From IMG/VR virus record IMGVR_UViG_3300035208_004923, positions 224,001 to 288,000 of that record: a DNA stretch of 64,000 bases; one strand, written 5' to 3'. The DNA is from a virus. Lineage: Duplodnaviria; Caudoviricetes. The position numbers and the translations under genes are program-made. Below the pieces are notes generated by a model. That model was not told the origin of the DNA, did not search any database, and saw nothing but the letters and a program-made list of their open reading frames with translations. This document shows positions 11,168 to 21,031 of the stretch, one piece after another. Position 1 is the stretch's first letter. Each line of letters opens with the position of its first letter.

Positions 11168-11901
11168 TGTTCTTGTGTATTAATGTTATAAATTTTAATT
11201 AAATTATTTTTGATTTGACTATCCAAATCGTTTTGTTTTATTTTATTTATCAATGCATTTAATAAGCCATCCATGTTATCATTTACAAAATCATCATCTA
11301 GCATATCAAAAAATCCAAGAACTGGTAACTTAACTTTTAATGTTAAATTCATCTCTAATTCGACTTTTTTTGTTTTGTCAATTATTGCATTTAATGGATT
11401 TTCAATTGGCGGACGATATGATTGCAAGTTATCATGTGAAATACCTTGCGTGAAATCTGCGTGTGACATTGATTCATCGCCATCTTCTCTTAATCCACCA
11501 GCAAAATTATCATTACGAGATTGCTGTACTTGTTGAACAGGCGGCATATCATCAGGATGCGGAATTGCTTTAGCAGTTCCCATTGAGTATTTTCCATCTT
11601 TCATGCTATTTGCTAATTCTTCCTCTGTTGGATAATCATAAGCAGCAACTTTCTTATTTGACGGTTTCTTTTGCTTTGGTGGTTGTGCAACTGGTACTTC
11701 ACCAATGGCAAATAATGGTTCGGCAAGTGATGGTATTTGTACTAAGAATTCGTCAACAAGATTTTTGTTTAATAGTCTACCGCTTTCAAATACCAAGAAT
11801 GCAGCATCACCAATTGTTTGTTCTGATTGTAATTTGTCGACTTGTGAATAGTTTTCACCTTTTTTCCATTGATAGCATAAAGGTTCTTCTTTTTTGGCCA
11901 T
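11113..11901 (-). CDS. Hypothetical protein
   Basis: 262-aa ORF. Confidence 0.6.
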   Translation of the reverse strand: MAKKEEPLCYQWKKGENYSQVDKLQSEQTIGDAAFLVFESGRLLNKNLVDEFLVQIPSLAEPLFAIGEVPVAQPPKQKKPSNKKVAAYDYPTEEELANSMKDGKYSMGTAKAIPHPDDMPPVQQVQQSRNDNFAGGLREDGDESMSHADFTQGISHDNLQSYRPPIENPLNAIIDKTKKVELEMNLTLKVKLPVLGFFDMLDDDFVNDNMDGLLNALINKIKQNDLDSQIKNNLIKIYNINTQEQCQQQQQKNITAEEKENN

Positions 11902-11910
11902 ATTTTTAAA

Positions 11911-12252
11911 TTAAAAAGTAATATAATTTCTATACATATAAAGATACTCTCGCATCCATTCAGTTTGTTCTTCTGTTCGACTCCATTCGATTAAATCTTC
12001 TCTAAAATTCTTCAGAAAATCTCGGTAATGTGCTTCATGATCTCCTTTAGATATAACGTTTAATTCTCGAGACGGTATTGTGAATGTATGAGATGTTCCT
12101 TTTATTCTCCAGTATACAGTAGTTTTTGTTCCTGCAAAATTTGCATTTGCATATTCGATTGTTATTGGATTAAGCCATCCGGCTAAATTTGCAATTTCTA
12201 ATTCTTTTATGCTCGATTTTTCGAATGCATTAAAATCAAAATGATGTGGCAT
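11911..12252 (-). CDS. Hypothetical protein
   Basis: 113-aa ORF. Confidence 0.6.
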   Translation of the reverse strand: MPHHFDFNAFEKSSIKELEIANLAGWLNPITIEYANANFAGTKTTVYWRIKGTSHTFTIPSRELNVISKGDHEAHYRDFLKNFREDLIEWSRTEEQTEWMREYLYMYRNYITF

Positions 12253-12306
12253 AATGTCTTTCTGTTATGTACTTATATAATTTGTATACTTAAGTTTTAA
12301 TTAGTT

Positions 12307-12981
12307 TCAATCCCATTTTGCTTTTGGCAGAAGCTTTTTACCTAATTCTATAAATTTTTCACGTACTGTATTGATTTCTATTTCATTAATAAACAGATGT
12401 TTTCTTTCTTCTAGCCACATTTCAATTATCGTGTTCATTGATACTTTCATCGTTTTTGCTTTTTGATGAAAACCGTATACGTATGCATATAATTCGGGGT
12501 ATTCAAGAACATAACTGAAATATGATTCATCGTCACTTTCAATATCATTAATTTTCAAAAAATCTTTTTTGATGATTAATTCTAAATCCTCATCTTTGTT
12601 TGTGTTATTAAATTGGGACACATGCTCAATTTCATGTCGAATTGTATCTTTAAATTCTGCTATGAAATTATTATATTCTAATGGAAACTTTTTATTGTTT
12701 ATAATGATACTAAAAATAACATATGAAAAATTGCCGTGATCATAATTATCAACACAACCGTCTATGTCAAATGCCATTTCAGCATCAGGATCTTTCGATA
12801 TTCTTACGGTAAATGGCACAACATCAATAAAATCAATGTCGCTTTGTATAATTATGTTTTTCTTTCTAGATTTTAAGAATTTTTTCAATTCTTGAACATA
12901 ATATCTACTTATTTCTAATACGATAGCATTATAACTTCCAGTAAATACAAATGTTGCAAAATCTATTCGTTTACGTTTCAC
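12307..12981 (-). CDS. Putative zinc metallopeptidase
   Basis: HExxH motif RHEIEH and downstream ELYAY. Confidence 0.55.
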   Translation of the reverse strand: MKRKRIDFATFVFTGSYNAIVLEISRYYVQELKKFLKSRKKNIIIQSDIDFIDVVPFTVRISKDPDAEMAFDIDGCVDNYDHGNFSYVIFSIIINNKKFPLEYNNFIAEFKDTIRHEIEHVSQFNNTNKDEDLELIIKKDFLKINDIESDDESYFSYVLEYPELYAYVYGFHQKAKTMKVSMNTIIEMWLEERKHLFINEIEINTVREKFIELGKKLLPKAKWD

Positions 12982-13238
12982 GTTAACCCTTCTTTAATCT
13001 TTGTTCTTATTTCATCTTCGTATTTGTCCCATTCAACATTATCATATTCTTCTTTCATTTTATTTAGAATATATTCTGTTGCTTCTCCGCAATCATAACT
13101 GTTTGGATTATTGTAATTTGGAAATTTTGTTGCGATATCTTCCCAATACGCATCTTCCAATGAATTGTCATATATTGCATCAGCTTCAGGCGATTCCATT
13201 AACAGAAATTCGTCAAATGTAGGTATTCTTTTGTTCAT
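12978..13238 (-). CDS. Leader-bearing putative internal head protein
   Basis: N-terminus MNKRIPTFDEFLLMES. Confidence 0.6.
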   Translation of the reverse strand: MNKRIPTFDEFLLMESPEADAIYDNSLEDAYWEDIATKFPNYNNPNSYDCGEATEYILNKMKEEYDNVEWDKYEDEIRTKIKEGLT

Positions 13239-13243
13239 TGCGT

Positions 13244-13624
13244 TTATGAATTTAATTGTTGTGTTTGGTCATCAGATACTGTTACGTCCGATGTAGTATC
13301 GGTTGATGCATTATCAGTTGTTGTATTATCAGTTGTTGCATTATCTGTTACTTCATTTCTATGCAATGGCATATTGCCATCTTTTGATAATTTTCTAGCA
13401 CCTAATAAAACAGTTCCTAATGTAACCATACCGAGACTTTGTAACAATACATTGTCTGCTCCTGATGAAACTCCTAAAAACCAATACATTGCCAACCCTG
13501 ATACAAATCCTATTAATCCTGTCATCACAGACAATACACCTGCGAAACCGGAACCTGATGTTTTTCCGTTGTTATTACTGAAAATTTCTCTCCAGTTAAA
13601 TTTCGTGATATTTGAAATGTCCAT
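13244..13624 (-). CDS. Two-TM membrane protein (holin-like) with TDNxT repeat tail
   Basis: Two hydrophobic segments; C-terminal DNATTDNTTTDNAST. Confidence 0.45.
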   Translation of the reverse strand: MDISNITKFNWREIFSNNNGKTSGSGFAGVLSVMTGLIGFVSGLAMYWFLGVSSGADNVLLQSLGMVTLGTVLLGARKLSKDGNMPLHRNEVTDNATTDNTTTDNASTDTTSDVTVSDDQTQQLNS

Positions 13625-13638
13625 GATATTTAATTATT

Positions 13639-15048
13639 TTAATATACTTTTGCAAACACAGATGAAAATGATGATTGCGATGCAGCATATAAAACTATAT
13701 CATTTATAATATCATTTTCTTTGTTTGAATTTTTTATTGCACTTAAAACTTTCATTCCAAGATATTTTGAAAAAATCCATCCTTGTTCGCTAGGATTTGA
13801 TGCTTTGCCTTTTACAAAATCGCCAAACGTGTTTATATCATACGAATGAGAGTTATCAAATTCATTGTATAATAAGAACATGTCATCAATGAAATTTGCA
13901 TCAGGCTTCATTGAATTTTTCTTTATTTCAGTATAATTCAAAATTGGTGGCGTTACACCATTATAATTCATAATTCCTAAAATAGGTGTCAAACCGCATT
14001 TGCCACCAGCTGCGTATTTGCCTTGTATTTCTAATGCCCAATTTGAAAAAGCATTAAATGTTCTACCTTCAGATTTGCCACCATTGAATGACATAAATAC
14101 TTTCATATTTGATTCAAATGTTGATTTTTTTCCGTCCGAAACAGTATATGTTATAGGATGAAAGTTTGGTTTTTCGCTACCGCCATTAAATATTTCAACC
14201 TTAGGTTTACCTTCGGTTTTCTTTAACGATATTGGAACAAACTGTCTTTTATTGAATAACTCTAAAATCTCTTCATTTAGCGCAGGTAATGATGTAGTGT
14301 TTAAATCTGCAACAATAACAGATGGCAATATACCAAAAATATCGGCGGGATTCCATTTATCAGAATTAAAAGAAATTTCAGAATTTGTTCCTGCTGTTTT
14401 TGCGAGTTCATATATTTTTTTAAAGATTGCTGAACCTCTATGAAAAATCATTCCTTTTGAAATAATGCCTTTATTGAATAATTCATTTGCAATTACAACT
14501 GATGATGTAATCCAATCATCTTCAATTTTGCTTATAACATCATCAACCGATGTTGATGCTTGAACGTATTGTGCCGCTTTTTTCAATACATCAGGAGTGA
14601 ATGCGCTTTCATCAGATTCTGAATTTAAAATATTGCAAACAGCAGAACAATAATAGCATTGTGCAGATTCATTTAAATCTGTATTATCAGCACCTCCGCG
14701 TTTTCCGCCTCCGCTACCAAATTCAGCAGTTTTCAAGAATTGCGATGTTGATATAGTAGTCGACTTGCCCTTTATTTCACCTTTTAAATTGAATGATAAT
14801 GGGTGTGTTAAATCTAAATTATTTATTTTATTGATTGCATCATCAGTATCAGTAACCGTAAAAAAACCACCTTTTACTAATTCTATAGGCTCGTGATTCA
14901 TTATTTTACGTTTCAAAATTTCGGTGCGAAGTTCACCTGTTTTTGAATTTATTTTTCCTAATTCTTGTGCACCAAGGTTTGTTTCGTTTAACTGTGTTTT
15001 TAAATACTCGTCTAAACCTAAAAAACCATTAATGTTTATATGCTTCAT
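13639..15048 (-). CDS. Putative PD-(D/E)xK restriction-like nuclease with divergent leader
   Basis: DKWNPADI...ISLKK motif; N-terminus GLDEYLKTQLNE|T. Confidence 0.5.
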   Translation of the reverse strand: MKHININGFLGLDEYLKTQLNETNLGAQELGKINSKTGELRTEILKRKIMNHEPIELVKGGFFTVTDTDDAINKINNLDLTHPLSFNLKGEIKGKSTTISTSQFLKTAEFGSGGGKRGGADNTDLNESAQCYYCSAVCNILNSESDESAFTPDVLKKAAQYVQASTSVDDVISKIEDDWITSSVVIANELFNKGIISKGMIFHRGSAIFKKIYELAKTAGTNSEISFNSDKWNPADIFGILPSVIVADLNTTSLPALNEEILELFNKRQFVPISLKKTEGKPKVEIFNGGSEKPNFHPITYTVSDGKKSTFESNMKVFMSFNGGKSEGRTFNAFSNWALEIQGKYAAGGKCGLTPILGIMNYNGVTPPILNYTEIKKNSMKPDANFIDDMFLLYNEFDNSHSYDINTFGDFVKGKASNPSEQGWIFSKYLGMKVLSAIKNSNKENDIINDIVLYAASQSSFSSVFAKVY

Positions 15049-15098
15049 TTATTATTTTATTTTATATATTCATCAAAAATTGTCTTTATGAACTGCAT

Positions 15099-15125
15099 AA
15101 AAAAAAGGGAACCGAAGTTCCCTTT
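15099..15125 (-). terminator. Intrinsic terminator
   Basis: GGGAAC-CGAA-GTTCCC hairpin with T-run; same hairpin at 54740. Confidence 0.8.
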
Positions 15126-15169
15126 ATTCAGCATTGCCGACCACTTTGTTTTTAAGAAACAAAGAAAAC

Positions 15170-16291
15170 TTATTCCATTTCAACAAAATGAGGATATTCA
15201 ACTTTTTGTTGTGAAGCAATTAATTCCATGTCAAGTTCTTTTGCTGTAAATATGCCAGTGATTGCATTTTTCAATTCGTAAGCATGAGCTTCAGACATTT
15301 TCGATTCTTCAATATGTGATGCCAACCAAGTGTTCAAATTGATAAAATCATACGCGTTAATTCCAGTATCTGCACTTGCTTTCCACGTTTTCGATTTTTT
15401 GCAAACGTTATCGCCCCATGCTTTGTAGAATGGCGCTTCGATAAAATATTTATCTGCTAATTCTTCATACCCACGTTTAATCAAAAAGTTACGGTGATTA
15501 TAGAATTCACGTAATGAAATTGTTGTTCCTTTCATATGTTCAGCAAATCCTTTTATAAGATGTGCAACATTATCGTTATCTTCAGATAATGCATTTGATA
15601 TTGCCTTTTCAAGTTTCTCATTATTAAATGATGCTTTTGAGATATTTGAACGGAAACCGTATGATGGTTTTCTCATGCCATTACCGCAGATAAGACGGTC
15701 GAAAAATGGTTCGTTAATAAAAGAAGTTGAATTGAATATTAATGTTTGACCTTGTTTCCATAAGTCATTTTCAAAAACTTCAATTGGATTACTATCATTT
15801 AATAATGAAATTGTGTATTTGGAAGTTTCATTATCAAATCCTATTTTAGATAATGACCAATCAACAGATGATGTTGATAAAATGCGAGTTACTGTTTCAA
15901 CAAGTGCTTTAGAATTTGTTAAATCATCAGCCTTATTTTTCTTTGGATTTTTGAAGAAGATTGCATCAATTGTATGCGTTCCATCAGGATTATGTAGCAA
16001 TGATCCGTATAAATTAACATCGCCTTTTGCTGCTTTTAATCTGCTTGAAACTAAATTCCAATCAGTCACTTCCATTAAACTTTGATATTCTTTAAATGCA
16101 GGTTTTGCGTTTAAAACACTTAAAACAGCATCAGCTGCTCTGTCAGTTAAATCCATTTCATCAACAATGAATTTATCATTAATTACAATGTCTTGTAAAT
16201 TGAATTGCACAATATCACGTCTTGTTGGTGTTTCACGTTCAATTGCTTCAACGAATTGATTAATTTGGTCAATAGTACCTTTATTTTTCAT
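15170..16291 (-). CDS. DUF932-like protein
   Basis: FFDRLICGNGM resembles the family RLxCxNG motif. Confidence 0.45.
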   Translation of the reverse strand: MKNKGTIDQINQFVEAIERETPTRRDIVQFNLQDIVINDKFIVDEMDLTDRAADAVLSVLNAKPAFKEYQSLMEVTDWNLVSSRLKAAKGDVNLYGSLLHNPDGTHTIDAIFFKNPKKNKADDLTNSKALVETVTRILSTSSVDWSLSKIGFDNETSKYTISLLNDSNPIEVFENDLWKQGQTLIFNSTSFINEPFFDRLICGNGMRKPSYGFRSNISKASFNNEKLEKAISNALSEDNDNVAHLIKGFAEHMKGTTISLREFYNHRNFLIKRGYEELADKYFIEAPFYKAWGDNVCKKSKTWKASADTGINAYDFINLNTWLASHIEESKMSEAHAYELKNAITGIFTAKELDMELIASQQKVEYPHFVEME

Positions 16292-16353
16292 ACTTTTTAA
16301 ATTAAGAATTTGTAAAATTATTTATCAATTATATACACAAGTAATTAAAAGTT

Positions 16354-16725
16354 TTAATTCCATGTAGGTCGATGTCTTGTATATTTTGTAGGATCGTCAT
16401 CAGCCTGTGCAACTTTATTAATTAGGTTTTGTTCTGAATCGTCTTCATTATGTTCAGTATTCGATTTCGCTTCTGGACCTAATGAACGTGAACGTTCTTT
16501 ATACATAAAGTCAATAATTTTGTCTGGGTATTTACTACCGCCATTTGCATTAAGTTCTTCTCTTGCTGTTCGTAAATCATCATGTGTTTGCGCCATTACA
16601 AAATACGCTCTAAGTTCATCACCATATTTTGCAATTTGGTCAGCCATTCCTTTATAATCATCAAAACTTGGAATTCTTTTTCTATCATTTGATGAACCGG
16701 GTGTATCGTATAAACTATTTGACAT
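16354..16725 (-). CDS. Protein with internal leader-like motif
   Basis: RKRIPSFDDY near N-terminus; GAATATATAA motif upstream. Confidence 0.55.
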   Translation of the reverse strand: MSNSLYDTPGSSNDRKRIPSFDDYKGMADQIAKYGDELRAYFVMAQTHDDLRTAREELNANGGSKYPDKIIDFMYKERSRSLGPEAKSNTEHNEDDSEQNLINKVAQADDDPTKYTRHRPTWN

Positions 16726-16819
16726 TATTGTTTTATTTTATATATTCGTTATGCATAAAAAAACGGTCGTACCTTTCGATACGACCGTATTCATCCAATA
16801 AATATTTGGCAACATTATA

Positions 16820-17257
16820 TTAGATACTTGTTGTGTTTTTCTCAAACAATTTTGAAGCGATGTAATTTTTATCTTCCATTTTCAATTTTGCAGATTTGAT
16901 TCCTTGATTGAATCTTTGTTCGCATGTACTTGATTGTTCAGAACCAGTTGCTTCTCTATATTTTAATAGCATTTCCGCATGATTAGAACTGTTTGCAATT
17001 TTTTTGATTTCTAGTACAGATACCGATGTGCCGTTATTATCATTAAAGATTTTTACGATATGGTCACCTTCGTCGATTGGAATTAAGCTTTGTTTAGAAC
17101 CGAATTGTCTGATGAAAATAGAATTCTTAATCTCCCCTTCTTTACCTATTACAACGATTGCTCTTTTAAGATTATCGAACTCGGTATAAGATTCCCATAA
17201 GCAAGGTGTTCCCGATTTTGTGCGAGCAATTTTGATTTGTTTTTCGTTAATTTCCAT
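16820..17257 (-). CDS. Hypothetical protein
   Basis: 145-aa ORF with AAAC-class promoter variant upstream. Confidence 0.6.
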   Translation of the reverse strand: MEINEKQIKIARTKSGTPCLWESYTEFDNLKRAIVVIGKEGEIKNSIFIRQFGSKQSLIPIDEGDHIVKIFNDNNGTSVSVLEIKKIANSSNHAEMLLKYREATGSEQSSTCEQRFNQGIKSAKLKMEDKNYIASKLFEKNTTSI

Positions 17258-17391
17258 ATGTTTAATTTATTGTTAATTTTTATTAATTTGTTTAATATAT
17301 TATACATAATAGTTAAATAGTTTTATATTTCAAATTTTCTTTAAATGCAATGTATATATAATTATATAAATAAATTATAAAAAATATAAAC

Positions 17392-17535
17392 ATGAAAAAA
17401 CTTACAGCTTTCTCCATAGAAGAATCAATTGCAGATGAATTTGATAAACTTGCAAAAGAAAATTCTTTAAACAAATCAAGTTACATACAAAAATATATGG
17501 AAGCTTATATAAAAAAATGCAAAGAAAATGTATAA
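17392..17535 (+). CDS. Ribbon-helix-helix DNA-binding protein (47 aa)
   Basis: Not in ORF track. MKKLTAFSIEESIADEFDKLAKENSLNKSSYIQKYM, paralog of 29507..29710. Confidence 0.7.
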   Translation: MKKLTAFSIEESIADEFDKLAKENSLNKSSYIQKYMEAYIKKCKENV

Positions 17536-18199
17536 AAATAAATGCAAAATATGTGGGCAGTTATTTAATGCTAAATCACCAGCTTCAAACCGTTGCGATA
17601 ACTGTATTACCGTAGAAAAACATTGCGTTCAATGCAATTCAGTATTTACCGTTATAAATTCAGACAAAGGTATTTCACAACAATTTTGTTGCAAAAGTTG
17701 CGCAGCAACGCATGTGCATAACAAGATCGACGTAAAGAAACGAATGTCAGATTTTCAAAAGAAACGTCAAAACACTCCTGCTGTTAAGGAAGCAAAATCA
17801 AAGTTTCAAAAAGAATACCAAAATAGACCAGAAGTAAAAGCTGAAACGTTCAAACGTTTACAACGATGTTTTAAATATAAAGAATTCATATTGCCGTCTG
17901 GAAAAATTGTTAAAATTCAAGGATATGAACCACAAGTTTTGACTGAACTTTTAAAAACGTATAACGAAGACGATATAATTATTGGTATAAAGGAAATGAA
18001 TAAATCAATTGGCAAAATTGATTATTTTTACGAAAATAACGTTCATACATACTACCCAGACTTTTATATTAAATCTATAAATACGATTATAGAAGTCAAA
18101 AGCGAATGGACGTATTCTAAAGAATTAGAAAAGAATTTAGCAAAACAACAAGCTTGCCTTGCTAAATTGTTTAATTTTGAATTCGTTATAATAAACTAA
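17528..18199 (+). CDS. Free-standing PD-(D/E)xK homing-type endonuclease with CxxC Zn fingers
   Basis: LPSGKIVKIQGYE...YYPDFYI...IIEVKS; opposite strand to neighbours. Confidence 0.7.
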   Translation: MYKNKCKICGQLFNAKSPASNRCDNCITVEKHCVQCNSVFTVINSDKGISQQFCCKSCAATHVHNKIDVKKRMSDFQKKRQNTPAVKEAKSKFQKEYQNRPEVKAETFKRLQRCFKYKEFILPSGKIVKIQGYEPQVLTELLKTYNEDDIIIGIKEMNKSIGKIDYFYENNVHTYYPDFYIKSINTIIEVKSEWTYSKELEKNLAKQQACLAKLFNFEFVIIN

Positions 18200-18594
18200 T
18201 TAGTTTTATTTGCTTTAATTTGTTTGAATGTTTCGATATTAAAAGTAGTGTCATTTTCTTTTTCCCATTTTGCTATCATATCGGTAAGTTTTGATATTTC
18301 GGCATTTGCTGCATCATAAAAATCAAAACCTAATTTTGATGCGAGTATAGCCATATAAAATAAAGTATCACCCATTTCAGTTTTAATTTTTTCTTTGCGT
18401 TCTTCCGTTAAAATGCCGTCATCGTCACGCATCATTTTTTTAATTTCGTCACCGGCTTCACCCGCTTCTGCACACATTGCTAACGCAAGATATAGTAATT
18501 CTTCTCTTTTGGTTTCGCCTACAAAATAATATGTAGAGTTTACCATGTCTTGGAATTTGTTGAATTGTCCAAATCCGTTAATGCCCATTCCCAT
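18196..18594 (-). CDS. MazG-like dNTP pyrophosphohydrolase
   Basis: AEAGEAGDEIKK...EMGDTLFY. Confidence 0.85.
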   Translation of the reverse strand: MGMGINGFGQFNKFQDMVNSTYYFVGETKREELLYLALAMCAEAGEAGDEIKKMMRDDDGILTEERKEKIKTEMGDTLFYMAILASKLGFDFYDAANAEISKLTDMIAKWEKENDTTFNIETFKQIKANKTN

Positions 18595-18595
18595 T

Positions 18596-19444
18596 TTACT
18601 TTATATCAAAAAAATTACTTAATCCTTCAATGTATTGTTCGGTTGTTGCTTCTTCTGCTGCTTGATGTAATACAAACTCCGTGTACGATTTCGCATCCCA
18701 TGTCATTGAATATTCACCATCTTCATCAATGTCAAACATGCGTTTTTTCAATATAAATGACTTTGGCATTGTTAATAGTTCTTTTGTTATTTCATTTGCA
18801 ACATCAAAATGTCTTTCATAAAAATGTATATTATCGGCAAAATGATAATATGTTCCTAATTCCAAATCAGGATATTTTGTTTCTTTTAACCATAAATACA
18901 TATGCTGTTGAACAAAAGAAAAGAATGGCGCATCAAATGTAAAACCAAAAAATATATCATTTGACCGCATAGTAACTTTCATATTCAATTTATTTTTTCT
19001 TACAAAGAAATTTAGGGAAAACGTACATACGAAATCTTTATTTCCTTTGTATTGAAACTTAGGCTGATTTAAAAATGCAACTGCTTGTCTTGTATCAATA
19101 TCAGCAACTAAGGAGTCATAAACCCATCGTAGCTGTTTTCCAAATAATAGATTACCATAATTTGAATTTATTTCGCCATTTTCATCGGCAATTCTGTTCC
19201 AAAAACTTGAAAACGGTTTTATGTTATCCAATGATTTTTCTCTGCGTAAATACCATCCAAGTTCACCTGCTAAATATTTCCAGGGAAATTCTCTTGCTTT
19301 AAAATCAACAATTGGATAACGCGGGTCAATCTCCATCATTTCTAATAATGTTTCTTTGACTTTTAATCCTCTTGGATTTACTTCATTGTTGCTTTTTTGG
19401 ATTTTTTTAATTACTCTTACAAATTCTTTTGTTGCTGTTTCCAT
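18596..19444 (-). CDS. Thymidylate-synthase-family dCMP hydroxymethylase-like enzyme
   Basis: DTRQAV, FVCT, MRSNDIFFGFTFD (Asp at the specificity position, as in T4 gp42), HFYERH. Confidence 0.75.
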   Translation of the reverse strand: METATKEFVRVIKKIQKSNNEVNPRGLKVKETLLEMMEIDPRYPIVDFKAREFPWKYLAGELGWYLRREKSLDNIKPFSSFWNRIADENGEINSNYGNLLFGKQLRWVYDSLVADIDTRQAVAFLNQPKFQYKGNKDFVCTFSLNFFVRKNKLNMKVTMRSNDIFFGFTFDAPFFSFVQQHMYLWLKETKYPDLELGTYYHFADNIHFYERHFDVANEITKELLTMPKSFILKKRMFDIDEDGEYSMTWDAKSYTEFVLHQAAEEATTEQYIEGLSNFFDIK

Positions 19445-19447
19445 CTA

Positions 19448-20011
19448 TTACAAATTTAAAAATTCTTTTACTGATTTTTGAATTTCATTCAATGGTCTAT
19501 ATGTTTCATTTTTAGTTACGTCAATGATTAATTTATTTTTGATATGCGATTTACCAACCGCTTCAATAAATAATGAAATTTCTTTTTGTCTATCTTCTAA
19601 TTTACTTGATAACGAATGTCCATCCTCATTCGCAATAAGAAATTCTGGACTGCCTATTAATAAAATAAGATACGTATCGTTTGATATATCATATTCATAT
19701 TCTTTTTCTAAATCGAAAATCCACGAAGGATCATATTTTCGATAAATATTTCCATATACGTATTCTCCGATGTGTGACCTGTTCCATACGAACATATCAT
19801 CAGCATTTTTGAACATTGTCCTATAAATTTTTATTCTTTCAAATTCTATAGAAAAATCCGTTTGTTGAAATTCAATCTTTTCTTCGATTGTATTTCCTAG
19901 AGGTGTCATGAAGTGATGTTGTTCATAATTATTTTTGCTTAAAGATTCGATGTATTCAATCAATGTATCTTTTCCTGTTCGGTCACAGCCTTCAACAATT
20001 ATATGTTTCAT
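19448..20011 (-). CDS. dNMP (thymidylate-like) kinase
   Basis: P-loop IIVEGCDRTGKDT, NRSHIGEYVYG. Confidence 0.8.
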   Translation of the reverse strand: MKHIIVEGCDRTGKDTLIEYIESLSKNNYEQHHFMTPLGNTIEEKIEFQQTDFSIEFERIKIYRTMFKNADDMFVWNRSHIGEYVYGNIYRKYDPSWIFDLEKEYEYDISNDTYLILLIGSPEFLIANEDGHSLSSKLEDRQKEISLFIEAVGKSHIKNKLIIDVTKNETYRPLNEIQKSVKEFLNL

Positions 20012-20058
20012 ATAGTTATCTTGCTAAATTGTAAATTTATTATTATATACATTAAGTA

Positions 20059-20694
20059 TTAAAAGTTTTCAATTGGAATGAACGGTATAGTGGTAACCAT
20101 ACTGTTATGATTTAAGTTAAATAATGAACAATTGTTTTCGCTTAACACGTGCGTAAGATTTTTATAAAGATTATTAATTTCTTTTAATTTGTCGTACTGT
20201 ACTAATTCGTGATGACCATCGTCTGCGTAAAAATGATTTGGTGTATAATCAACACCTAATATGCCTATTCGTCTAAAACCCATTTTATACGCTAATTGAA
20301 TTCCCATGTATGGCGAATCTAAGCCTGTGTCAATAATGGATTTCTCATTAATGTTTTTTAAATTTCCATGCGCACCAAAATTCATGTTATAAACGTTATC
20401 ATGTTTAAAGTTCCAAGATTCATCTTTTGCTATAATGTAATCTGGATTTGCATTTTCTATATCATATATTCTATTAGGTATATTTTTTGCTTCGAATCTT
20501 TTCTTTGTATCAATTAAAAATAATACGTTTGGCGTTACGAATTTGCAAATATCGTTTACCCCAATAGTAAAAACATCATCATCACTTTTGAATTTCTTTA
20601 CTGATGTCCCATTTCCTAATACAATGCATTTAGATTGTTTAAATTTTTTTGTATATATATCATTTAAATCTTTATACGCCATAGAAATATTCAT
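20059..20694 (-). CDS. DUF115/MAF-like putative nonulosonate transferase
   Basis: CIVLGNGTS, IGVND, AYKMGFRRIGILGVDY. Confidence 0.6.
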   Translation of the reverse strand: MNISMAYKDLNDIYTKKFKQSKCIVLGNGTSVKKFKSDDDVFTIGVNDICKFVTPNVLFLIDTKKRFEAKNIPNRIYDIENANPDYIIAKDESWNFKHDNVYNMNFGAHGNLKNINEKSIIDTGLDSPYMGIQLAYKMGFRRIGILGVDYTPNHFYADDGHHELVQYDKLKEINNLYKNLTHVLSENNCSLFNLNHNSMVTTIPFIPIENF

Positions 20695-21031
20695 TTGAAT
20701 TTAATGCTTTATCGTCAATGAATAAATCGAATAACGGTTTATCCATTTCTAATTTATGATATAAGCAACCCCATTGTGTTAATTGTTTGCTTGTAAGTTC
20801 CCTTAAATTTTGTCCTGACCCAACGCCACGCGATGTCCAATAAATAATGGTATGTCCTGACATGTATAAGTTATTAATACGCATTATTCGATTGTGATTT
20901 GGAATGGAGTTTTTATAATCTGTTCCTGGCGTTTTACATATTGTGTTATCAATGTCAACTCTGATTATCATACTTCCATTTTTTTGTTTTTCGGTTTTTT
21001 TCCCGAATATATTTTTCAAGAATCCTAACAT
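20672..21031 (-). CDS. HAD phosphatase (capsule-biosynthesis type)
   Basis: DIDNT, WTSRG, KP..DLFIDDK. Confidence 0.75.
   Translation of the reverse strand: MLGFLKNIFGKKTEKQKNGSMIIRVDIDNTICKTPGTDYKNSIPNHNRIMRINNLYMSGHTIIYWTSRGVGSGQNLRELTSKQLTQWGCLYHKLEMDKPLFDLFIDDKALNSNEYFYGV

Noticed and set aside
18596-19444. Ordinary thymidylate synthase ThyA
   Set aside because: Asp at the specificity position and kinase/MazG context favour a dCMP-modifying enzyme
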